IMG/VR virus record: IMGVR_UViG_3300032294_002363
Location: 1-64,000 of that record
Strand: one strand, 5' to 3'
DNA: 64,000 nt
Origin: a virus
In this document: one piece after another, positions 46,601 to 55,080 of the stretch
Position numbering within the stretch: the first letter of the stretch is position 1
Layout: each line of letters begins with the position of its first letter
Translations under genes and position numbers: made by a program
Notes under the pieces: model-generated
Seen by the model: the letters and a program-made list of their open reading frames with translations, nothing else
Told to the model about the DNA's origin: nothing
Databases searched by the model: none

Positions 46601-49550
46601 AGCTGAGATGTTAAAAGCTGGTGTATTAAGAGGCGGATTTACAGAAGATATAGCCATGAGAGAACTAACTCAGGAACAAGAACAACTTACGGAAACAACA
46701 AGAAAAACAAGATTTGATTTAGATAAATTCAGAGAAAAAGCCATCTTTGCCTCTTTTGGTCTTTCTATAGCTGGATCATTCTTCTCTGAAGTTGCAGGAG
46801 AAAACGAAGCTCTTAAGAAGAATATAAACAATTTTTCCCAAGGACTTTCAACCGCTTTAACAGCAGTATCTTTACTTCCTGGTCCAATAGGTCTAGCTGT
46901 AGGAGGAATAACCGCTTTATATTCTGCGGCAGTATTTTTAGCAAAAACATTTAGAGATAATGGAGAGGATATTACCAAAAATTTTGAAAGAGTAAAAGAA
47001 GAGAATACAAATTTTACTAATGCTACTTCTACATATTCACAAACTTTACAAAAATTAAATGACGCATATAGTTCTGCCAAAACGCCTATAGAAACAATTG
47101 TAAAATTAAATGAAGATTTAGCTAAAGCTGCAATGGATTTACCAGAAAAATATAGATTACAATTATTATCTATTACAGATAATACAAAATTACAAGATGA
47201 GATTAATAGAATCCAAGGATCATTAGCGCGAGAACAAAGGAATCTTGAATTTGCTACATCTGTTAACGCAAAACTTCAAGAAGGCGCATTTAGCGCACCA
47301 AGAGTATTTCAGACAGGAGGAGCTTTAAGAGGAGCAACAAGAGAAATATTTGGAGGGTTTTCTGAGCGAGGTCAAATAAAATTTTTAAGAGATATAAATT
47401 CTGAATTTTTAAAATTAAATCAACCAGATCTTATTAACTTCTTAGAAAAATCTTATGGCTTGAATAGAGATATCGCTGATGTATTATCTAGGACTAATCC
47501 ACAAGAATTTAAAGATCTAACTACTGGATTATTCCTATATATTGAAGGCTTAAAAAGATCTCAAAATGAATTTAAGGCAACAGAAGATCTAAGAAAAGAA
47601 GAAGCTAAAACTCAGAAAGCTTTAGAGAGACAGACGCTAAAAGCTAAATTAGCTTTAGATACATTAAATGATTCATTGGTAACATTAGTTAATGCATCTG
47701 TAAGATCTGAAGCATTTAGACAAAATTTTGGAAATACAAGAGGAGCAAATGCTAGAGAGACTCAAATATCTAGAGCTGGAGGACTTCTTGATCTAGCTGA
47801 ACTATTTACATCTCAAGAATATGTAACAGGAACTAGAGGTAGATTAGCAGAACTAAGTGCTTTAGAAACATATGGCACACAGGCGAGAGAAATAACTTCC
47901 TCTACTCGTCAATCTATTTTAGAAATTGGATCAAATCTATTAAGAGATCTAAGAAGGCCAGGACAAGAAGAACCTCAAGCTAGAGGTTTAATAGAATCAT
48001 TTGAATCTAAACTCTTAGATATAAGTAAGCAGAATATATCTGCTAATGAAACTGCTGAAAAATTAAATGAAGCAATAGGTTCAATATTTGGCTCTTCTTT
48101 TGATAGATCTACAGAAGTGCAATCAAAGGTGCAGGATGAAGTTAGACGACAGAATGAAAAATTAGCTTTACTAAGTGAAGAACAAAAGAAAAGCAATGAG
48201 ATTGCTAGATCAAATCTTTCTATTCAACAAAAGATTTTACAGGCTCGCAGAGATATAGAAACTTTTGGAGGTGTCCAAGGATTTTTAGATCCAGAGTCTC
48301 TTAAGTCAAGTTTTGATAACTTCCAAAGAAGTCTAAATCTATTTCGTAGTGGTCGATCAAATTTAGCGGAAAGAGGTCGTGGTGCCGCTGGTTTATTATC
48401 TGAGACAATAAGATTTGCTGGAGGAAGTATTGGGCCTGGACTAGATCGTGGATTAGGATCATTAAGAGCCGCAGCTATTACAGGAAGAGCTTCAGAATTG
48501 AGATCTCAGGCTAGGGGATTAGCTGGACAAGCTCCTCTTGGATTAAAGCCAGTGTTTAGAGATATAGCGGCTCGCTCAACAGAGATTGCAACAAGGCAGA
48601 TAGATAATTTAATAAAAAGTGAGAATATAGGAGAAAATGTTGATCAAATAGCGAAATTATTACGCAGTATTGAGTCTGCTCAAGGGACAAATGTAATTCC
48701 AGAATTAAATAATACAATTATATCTGCACTACAAGCTGTCCAACAGGATCTTACTCCATCAATAGATGATCTAAAATTATCTTTAGATAAAGCTTCTCAA
48801 ATATTTACTCAAAGAGAAACATATCAAAATATCGGAGCAGAGATTAGTAGAGCAACATTAACAAAAACTGGAGGAGAGTTTAGAGTAACTCAAGCTGAAA
48901 CTGCACTTCCAAATATAATCAAGAGATTACAAGAAGAATTTCCATCTGCAATTGAAGGAGGCGTACCAAGTTCTAGAAGACAGTTCCTTGAGCAATTTAG
49001 CCCAATACTTCAAAGAGCATTTAGCGAAGGAAGACCTATCGGGTTAAGAGAATTACGTGGCGAGAATATGCCAGCTGGATTAAGACCAAGGATTGATGAT
49101 AAAGGAGCTTTTGCTCAGTTACTACAAGAATATAATAATCAAATATCTATTATAGAAACATCCAGACAATCCATACAGGCATCAAGTCAAGCCCTTGATC
49201 AATTAAATGCTAGAGCTACAGATACAGCTGCAGCTTTATTATCTCTTGGTCAAAATGTTACTCCAATTGGTGCTTTAGCGGGTCCACAAGTTGTGCAGGG
49301 CAGTGTTGACTTGAATATACCTAATAATTTATTAGAGCTTAATGTCGGTGGTAATATATCTTTTGATGGGGGAAGAGTCGAAGTAGTTCTTTCTCCAGAG
49401 TCTGACTTAACAACCTTAGTAACACCCATTGTCAATGATTTCCTTAGTCAAGCTAAAAAAGATCTTCAAACAGAATTTAATAACCAAATATTTAAAGTCC
49501 GCGAAGAGGCTGGACTAAGGAGGCAAGCAGTACCACTATTAGAAAGATAA
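43662..49550 (+). CDS. tail tape measure protein (1962 aa) with GF[IV]PNF-delimited insert
   Basis: TP901-type core (EVAKAATEFSRQG...AVSSADLAEA...IGNSFKTIFTRL), hydrophobic segments, long helical C-terminus. Confidence 0.92.
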   Translation: MAQGRDQIIVDVLGNTKPLEKNISKVANQALTLNTKNFSQPLGKITGQLGEFEKSLAASNARVIAFGASAGAIYAVQRAFEATIRTVIDVEKSLADINVILNVSQKTLTSFGNSLFDIAKNTGLSFSEVAKAATEFSRQGLGIEDTLKRTSDALILTRLSGLDTVSSVEALTAAINSFSNSALTSTEIVNKLAAVDAAFAVSSADLAEAIKRVGSSADDVGVSFDQLIGLVTSAQQITSRGGSVIGNSFKTIFTRLQRPKTLEALEQIGVATKDQEGNILPLVQILNSLSQTYDKLSSVQKAQIAETVGGVFQINILKAALGDLSKEYSIYSRALGISSGATDEATRRNEILNQTLAATINKTVVNLQNAATDIGNLALAPALQRALGGLNYVLENFGTDESEGIGTKIGEGLARGLGNFLSGPGLLIGVAALIKIFERLTVFTADAFKQLTGLNTQTAEQRSLQAQILNLIGRNPQIIQQINSGNLDTANLHKQILSLIEQETVAMQRQVSIADSLTKSLMAAGVRIPQTGPMRGTAVRTKSFGFVPNFSANQEIMGAFAGGYMPGQVKKMVIPNYGAVTYNSAEKVKRFNGMNQPAIMPPQESLAGKNYKKNFEAAHGFNPYANKGFIPNFATLLGNPYEQNYVKLQGELKNIASYGSAGISISRIGKALGVVRGPEGNFYVPFNNYEKLLKASKQDLEKNAAGRGKRFEGKIEPYALVYPSFGMSNPFPSAGRAGGKSIGFDVVPFPGNIKGQSTNIIGPSLYKKSLKALVDNASEFLVNLAGVDPDVINDQKFKNYLYSNISQDQIGTLVGNAFEGGILASLNIVPNDRSRILDLSREEIKKLGETFKISSLTSGKYLGGDFKNALSPFNLDSMAGKILNTRLNKNFGFIPNFSPINKAFQTEKSLGGSPVLDYQSGVGLYVRDSKRQPNFAAVKRDHPEGLSKAISNSYAMQKGMAAFGFVPNFVRLPETIPTAQAEMLKAGVLRGGFTEDIAMRELTQEQEQLTETTRKTRFDLDKFREKAIFASFGLSIAGSFFSEVAGENEALKKNINNFSQGLSTALTAVSLLPGPIGLAVGGITALYSAAVFLAKTFRDNGEDITKNFERVKEENTNFTNATSTYSQTLQKLNDAYSSAKTPIETIVKLNEDLAKAAMDLPEKYRLQLLSITDNTKLQDEINRIQGSLAREQRNLEFATSVNAKLQEGAFSAPRVFQTGGALRGATREIFGGFSERGQIKFLRDINSEFLKLNQPDLINFLEKSYGLNRDIADVLSRTNPQEFKDLTTGLFLYIEGLKRSQNEFKATEDLRKEEAKTQKALERQTLKAKLALDTLNDSLVTLVNASVRSEAFRQNFGNTRGANARETQISRAGGLLDLAELFTSQEYVTGTRGRLAELSALETYGTQAREITSSTRQSILEIGSNLLRDLRRPGQEEPQARGLIESFESKLLDISKQNISANETAEKLNEAIGSIFGSSFDRSTEVQSKVQDEVRRQNEKLALLSEEQKKSNEIARSNLSIQQKILQARRDIETFGGVQGFLDPESLKSSFDNFQRSLNLFRSGRSNLAERGRGAAGLLSETIRFAGGSIGPGLDRGLGSLRAAAITGRASELRSQARGLAGQAPLGLKPVFRDIAARSTEIATRQIDNLIKSENIGENVDQIAKLLRSIESAQGTNVIPELNNTIISALQAVQQDLTPSIDDLKLSLDKASQIFTQRETYQNIGAEISRATLTKTGGEFRVTQAETALPNIIKRLQEEFPSAIEGGVPSSRRQFLEQFSPILQRAFSEGRPIGLRELRGENMPAGLRPRIDDKGAFAQLLQEYNNQISIIETSRQSIQASSQALDQLNARATDTAAALLSLGQNVTPIGALAGPQVVQGSVDLNIPNNLLELNVGGNISFDGGRVEVVLSPESDLTTLVTPIVNDFLSQAKKDLQTEFNNQIFKVREEAGLRRQAVPLLER
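45291..46568 (+). repeat. four GF[IV]PNF peptide repeats in TMP
   Basis: FGFVPNF 45291, GFIPNF 45543, FGFIPNF 46332, FGFVPNF 46548. Confidence 0.9.
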
Positions 49551-49577
49551 TAAAAGGAAAAAGGATTTAAAAGGATT

Positions 49578-51218
49578 ATGGCTTATACATTTATAGATGC
49601 AACACTTCTTGGATATCAAGTAAATAGAAATTACTTGGGGGAAGGTCTATTTGTATTAAACACAACTAAAAATATTTCTATTGAGGGAATCTTTGATAAT
49701 AGAAAATCTAATAGTGATGCAGAAGGCGTTAAAGAGACATATGAAGATATAACAGGTTTATTAACTGGTATAGTTAATGCTTATGATCGCGTCGTAGTAA
49801 ACGGATATAATCTAGGCACTGGTAAAGTTCTAAGCGTTTCTTTCCCAGAAGAAAATCCAATTAGGATTGGCAAATATAGATATGAAATTGAAATTATAGA
49901 AAATAGTGATTTTAGCAATATGCCATCTGATGGTATATATGGATCAAATTTAAATACTTTTAATGATAAAATAACAGAATTAGATGAATCTTTTAATTTC
50001 AATAATGAGGAGAATGGTGATTTTTCTTATAATCATGATATTTCTATTCAATATTATGATGATGGTTCAGACCTAATACAAAAATCAAAAAATGCTGCTA
50101 ATATCATATTCAACGACGCTTTAAACATAGGTTTAATTGGACAATTCTCTGGATATTACAATGTGCTTAGAAATAAGAAGAATTATTTTTCAGAGTCTTA
50201 TGATCTTATAAATAAGAGATGCAATTTTACAAAAAACATATTAATTAATAGAAATTATAATACAAATTATACAACCTCTTTATCTCATTCACTTAGCTTA
50301 GAAGCAAATGGAAAAATAACTGTACAAGAAGAAGGCGTAATTAAAGCTTTAGATAATACATTGCAATATACAGCAGAGAATTATTTTCAAGCAGAGTTAA
50401 ATGCATCATATTCACGTTGTCAATCAATATTTGATACTTATTCAGAAAAATATAATCTTGGCATAAAAGATTCTCTCTATAATCAACCATTCTCTTTAGG
50501 TAAGACATTTAATATAATTGATAATTCTTTGCAATATCAAGTTTCTTATGTAAATGATCCAAGTTTTGAAGGTAATATCATTAATACTTATACAATCAAT
50601 GTTGATAGAGATATTGAAGATCTTATAAACTACACGGAACAAGGCACTTTAACTCAAGTCGGTCAGATTGGAACTATTACAAATTTAAGTCTAATTAAAA
50701 CAAAATATCAAGCAGCTAAAACAAGAGCTTCTATTGAATACCCAGCATTAAAGCTAAAAAATACTTCATTTAGTGCGGGTAGTTTATCAAATAACTCTAG
50801 TATAGTTTATAATAATCAATTTTCTTATTCGATAGAAAGAACAAGCGATAATTCTATAATAGAGAATGATCCAAACTATAAAAGTCTTTCAATAAAAATT
50901 AATGATCAAGCTCCATACAATCTATATAAAGAATATATTATAGCGAATCGTGAACCAAAAAATATACTGTTTGTTTCTGGAAATCAAGTCGAAATGGGAG
51001 CAAGAAGCGTAACTGTGGAGGGAACTTTGGTAAGACCAACTGTAAATCCATGGTTAAGTCCTATAGCTTTTCCATTGACAGATTTAAAAAGTAAAGCGAT
51101 CTCTGGCGCGTTAAATCTTGTTTCAGATGAAGCTTTTATTGATACTATTTCATATAATTATAATTCAGACAATAACTTTTCTTTTAATCTGAATTTAAAA
51201 TATCTAAAAGTGGAGTAA
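49578..51218 (+). CDS. tail tip / distal tail protein (putative)
   Basis: First gene after TMP; beta-rich, Asn/Tyr-rich. Confidence 0.6.
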   Translation: MAYTFIDATLLGYQVNRNYLGEGLFVLNTTKNISIEGIFDNRKSNSDAEGVKETYEDITGLLTGIVNAYDRVVVNGYNLGTGKVLSVSFPEENPIRIGKYRYEIEIIENSDFSNMPSDGIYGSNLNTFNDKITELDESFNFNNEENGDFSYNHDISIQYYDDGSDLIQKSKNAANIIFNDALNIGLIGQFSGYYNVLRNKKNYFSESYDLINKRCNFTKNILINRNYNTNYTTSLSHSLSLEANGKITVQEEGVIKALDNTLQYTAENYFQAELNASYSRCQSIFDTYSEKYNLGIKDSLYNQPFSLGKTFNIIDNSLQYQVSYVNDPSFEGNIINTYTINVDRDIEDLINYTEQGTLTQVGQIGTITNLSLIKTKYQAAKTRASIEYPALKLKNTSFSAGSLSNNSSIVYNNQFSYSIERTSDNSIIENDPNYKSLSIKINDQAPYNLYKEYIIANREPKNILFVSGNQVEMGARSVTVEGTLVRPTVNPWLSPIAFPLTDLKSKAISGALNLVSDEAFIDTISYNYNSDNNFSFNLNLKYLKVE

Positions 51219-51220
51219 AT

Positions 51221-53257
51221 ATGTCTACTAATATTATAAAATATAACGATAATTATCTTCCTTATCCAACTCCATTAGTTACATTAGATAGAGAAAATAT
51301 ATATCTAAATCAATATTGGGGTAATTCAAATTCTATATCTTTAAATGGAATTATTACTGGAAATTTTGATCAAATAAAGACTGGACAAAGTGGCATATTG
51401 AATATATTTAATAAGAATTTTGGAAATTTTGAAATATATGAAGCTACAGGTGCAACAGGCTTTAACCTAAATAGAAGTGGAACTTTCGTTCCTTTTTCTC
51501 CATATTTTAATAATCTAACTGGTGTTTATGTGCCAAAAAATTCTACTATTATTGTTAAAATAAGTGGAAGTTATGGAGGTTTTCCAATATTTTTCTATAG
51601 AAATACATCTTTAGTTAATATTGGTAATCTTTTTACTTTATTTAAAATTAATTATTATTCTGGCGCATCAGAAACTGTATTTCCCCAACCAATTCCATAT
51701 ACGGGATTTGCTGTTACTGCATCTCAAAGTATTCCAAGTGATGATAAATATATTGATCCAACCTTTAATGCTAAAGGTATATATTCTGGAAATATTGGAA
51801 ATAATAATTATATATCATTTGCAAGTTTTGGTGGTGGTGGTGGTACTCCAATAGTTAGATTAGAAGTTAATAGCTTTGATGCGGAAAAAATTTATGAAAA
51901 TAGTGGAATTATAGTAAGGTCAATTAATTTTGAGGAATCTAATTATTCAAATTTAATAAGATATGAAATTGGATTAGGATCAACATCTTTAAGTGGAAAT
52001 GTAACAAATCCAACTAACGAATATTCTTTTACAGAAAATGAAAATAAAACAATCTCTTTATCTCATAGAGTTTCTGCTCAAGGAATTAATACAAATTTAA
52101 GCTCTGGTAAGTCAAATGCAATGGATAACGCAATTGCTTTCGTCAGATCTTACACGGGTTTATCTAATTTACCATCAACAAGATTTATATCTGGCGCGTC
52201 AAATAAATTTTTTATACAGAATTTTTCAGAATCAATTGATAGATTAAATGGAATTTATTCTGTAGAAGAATCTTATATCAGTAATCTATTAAATACTGGT
52301 TTATCTGGTAATCTATCATATACAGTTGATATTGTCTCTGGCGCAGAGTCTAATTCTATACAGATAAATTTGAGAGGTGAATACAAAGGACCAAAAGATG
52401 GCAATATAATTAATCTAAGAAATAGCCTAAATGTGACAGGACTTATAAGTGGCGCATATTCTGGCTATTTTAATCCAGTTCCAATCCAATACAATATATC
52501 AGAAAATACTGGACAAAATTTAATTAATTTTGATTATTCTTTTGATAATATCAACTTGCCAAATCCATATTATCGTTATGAAACAAGTATCTCCAGAGAT
52601 GAAATGCAACAACTTTACAATATCCAAGTCCGCGGTGAAATAATCGCGAGAGGAAATAGAAGATATAGATATTTTCTTTCCACAGGAAATATAACAAATC
52701 TAACTGGACAATTCTTGCGTATTGCGAGCGGAGTATTAACTGGATTTAAAGACTTCAATTCAGACACAACATCTTCTAATTTAAGATTATTAAATACAAA
52801 TATCGAAAGAAATCCTAACGAAGGTATAGTATCAGCTAACGCAGTTTATGATGATAAATTTATACCTACTGGAAATTTTGTAGATGCTAGTTATGATATA
52901 TCTGTTAATGGCCCAGTTTGGTTTATGAATAATCAACCAACTTGCAATGTTAAAGGGTTTCATATAATTAATGATTTTGATATTACAACATTACCAAGAT
53001 TAAATGTAAATACTTCTTTCAGATATAAAAATATAACAGGGATTAATAATGAGAATCTATTAAGATCTCAGGTTAAAGATATAACAAATAATATATTACC
53101 GAATAATTATAATTTCAATATTCAATTACAAGACTCAGAATCATATAGTAAAAAATATAATAGTATTAATTCATTATCGGAAATATCATATAATTTAGAG
53201 AAAATTGATATATCTAATCAAAATGGCTTATTACCAAAATTCAATACCATAAATTAA
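51221..53257 (+). CDS. tail tip protein (putative)
   Basis: Beta-rich; PYPTPLV N-terminal motif; similar pattern to the previous gene. Confidence 0.55.
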   Translation: MSTNIIKYNDNYLPYPTPLVTLDRENIYLNQYWGNSNSISLNGIITGNFDQIKTGQSGILNIFNKNFGNFEIYEATGATGFNLNRSGTFVPFSPYFNNLTGVYVPKNSTIIVKISGSYGGFPIFFYRNTSLVNIGNLFTLFKINYYSGASETVFPQPIPYTGFAVTASQSIPSDDKYIDPTFNAKGIYSGNIGNNNYISFASFGGGGGTPIVRLEVNSFDAEKIYENSGIIVRSINFEESNYSNLIRYEIGLGSTSLSGNVTNPTNEYSFTENENKTISLSHRVSAQGINTNLSSGKSNAMDNAIAFVRSYTGLSNLPSTRFISGASNKFFIQNFSESIDRLNGIYSVEESYISNLLNTGLSGNLSYTVDIVSGAESNSIQINLRGEYKGPKDGNIINLRNSLNVTGLISGAYSGYFNPVPIQYNISENTGQNLINFDYSFDNINLPNPYYRYETSISRDEMQQLYNIQVRGEIIARGNRRYRYFLSTGNITNLTGQFLRIASGVLTGFKDFNSDTTSSNLRLLNTNIERNPNEGIVSANAVYDDKFIPTGNFVDASYDISVNGPVWFMNNQPTCNVKGFHIINDFDITTLPRLNVNTSFRYKNITGINNENLLRSQVKDITNNILPNNYNFNIQLQDSESYSKKYNSINSLSEISYNLEKIDISNQNGLLPKFNTIN

Positions 53258-53258
53258 T

Positions 53259-55043
53259 ATGAATATACAATTTTTAACTGGATATTTAGAGAAGAACCAA
53301 AGAAATAGTGGTTCTTTAGAGATATATTATGAGTTTACTGGAATGTCTGGGCTGTTCGTTCCAAATCAATTATATCAAGGTCAAACTCAATTTTATAACA
53401 TCCCTGGTGGATTTGGCGTTAATGGTCAATATAGTCCAGGTATTTTTTCTTCTTCATATCAAGAGTCTGGATTTACTGGCTCTGGAGTTTTTGATGGCAT
53501 AACAAATTTAAGAGTAATAAATCAATTAACTGGAGATAGTATATCTTTATTTTATAATTTTTCTTCTTATAGTTGTGCTAAAAGTTTTAATATAGGAAGT
53601 AAATCAATCACTATTCCAACTGGATATATACAGATACTTAGTTATATTGAATCAAAATCAAATTCTACTCCATTTGAAATTATTCTAGGCATAAATGATG
53701 CTTATAAATTAACTTTAGAATTTTCTGGAAGCACTGGTCAAAATAATGAAATACATAAATCTATAAATCTTTCAGAGTTATCATTACAAAATCCAGTCGG
53801 TTTAAGACTAAATAAAAATAATATAGAATATACATATTTTGATATTATTGAAGATGAAATAAATAACCAAAGCATAAATCTAACTGGCAATTTTTTTAAT
53901 CAAAGTAAGAACATATATATTGGCAATTTCCCAACTGGTAAAAGCAGAGCAAATTATACTGGATTCATTGGAATTATTGATGATTTTGTTGCCTGTGATG
54001 AATATTTTGATTCAAATCTATCTATGGGATTATCAAAGCTATTTATAAAGACTGGAGAATCTATAGAGCTAAGAAATATAACTGGAGTAAAATATAATAT
54101 CATACAAAGTGGATTTTTGAATCCTACTGGTATAATAGGAACAGGAATTACTGGCTATAGAATTGTTCCATCTGAGGATTCTTTTGGATCAACAACAGTA
54201 TATATTAGCTCAGGGGTTTCTGGCGTACTAACTGGAGAAAAGATAGAATATCGCGTAGTCTCTCAAGAGCAATATTCTATAAAACAACAAGTTGTTCAAA
54301 CTGATCTCTTTGACGAAGACTACGCTTCAAGATTTACTAAAAATTATATCATATTTACTCCAAAGTTAGATTCTACTGATATATTTGAAGTTCAATTATA
54401 TAACGATTCGCAAAGCAAGATAGAGTTTCCAGAATATGGAATCCTAAATGATATTTATGTTAATCAAGATAATCTTACAAATAAAAATGTATTAATATTT
54501 TTTAATGGTATAAATATATCTTCTGGAGATTATACGATTACAAGTAATGGCAATAAGTTTACTATCAGTTCATATAATAAAGATATTGATGATACAGTAT
54601 CTTATGTTTTATCAAGTTATACTGGGATTGAGAATTACGCATTTTCTAACACTACTGGAAGCGTTCATAATGGTTATGTTTTTGTTGGAAAACTAAATAA
54701 TAAAAAATATGATGTATTCTTAAATGGCCAAAAGCTAATATCTGGAGAAAATTATCTTATATCTGGTTTAGATTATAATTTATATTTAAAAACAGATCTT
54801 GCTGCTGGAGAAGTATATACTTATGAAGATAATTTTATAAGCGGGACAACAGGCACAAATATTAAATTATATAATCCTAGTATAAGTTATAATAATGAAA
54901 AGATATGGGTTAATGGATTATTCCAAAATAAAAATGAAAATTATCTATTGACTTCGTGCGTTAATACTATTCTACAAGCCACCGGAGATATTGAAATCAA
55001 AGGGGAAAGTATATTTGATAATGAATATCATAGATTCATTTAA
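53259..55043 (+). CDS. tail structural protein with LamG-like domain
   Basis: IYIGN...FIGIIDDF LamG-like C-terminal strand; VFLNGQKL repeats. Confidence 0.55.
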   Translation: MNIQFLTGYLEKNQRNSGSLEIYYEFTGMSGLFVPNQLYQGQTQFYNIPGGFGVNGQYSPGIFSSSYQESGFTGSGVFDGITNLRVINQLTGDSISLFYNFSSYSCAKSFNIGSKSITIPTGYIQILSYIESKSNSTPFEIILGINDAYKLTLEFSGSTGQNNEIHKSINLSELSLQNPVGLRLNKNNIEYTYFDIIEDEINNQSINLTGNFFNQSKNIYIGNFPTGKSRANYTGFIGIIDDFVACDEYFDSNLSMGLSKLFIKTGESIELRNITGVKYNIIQSGFLNPTGIIGTGITGYRIVPSEDSFGSTTVYISSGVSGVLTGEKIEYRVVSQEQYSIKQQVVQTDLFDEDYASRFTKNYIIFTPKLDSTDIFEVQLYNDSQSKIEFPEYGILNDIYVNQDNLTNKNVLIFFNGINISSGDYTITSNGNKFTISSYNKDIDDTVSYVLSSYTGIENYAFSNTTGSVHNGYVFVGKLNNKKYDVFLNGQKLISGENYLISGLDYNLYLKTDLAAGEVYTYEDNFISGTTGTNIKLYNPSISYNNEKIWVNGLFQNKNENYLLTSCVNTILQATGDIEIKGESIFDNEYHRFI

Positions 55044-55045
55044 TA

Positions 55046-55051
55046 GTGTAA
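55046..55051 (+). promoter_or_regulatory. GTGTAA motif
   Basis: 29 nt upstream of ATG 55081; leader has three AAGG units. Confidence 0.7.
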
Positions 55052-55080
55052 ATATATCAAGGAATAAGGAGTAAGGCAAA

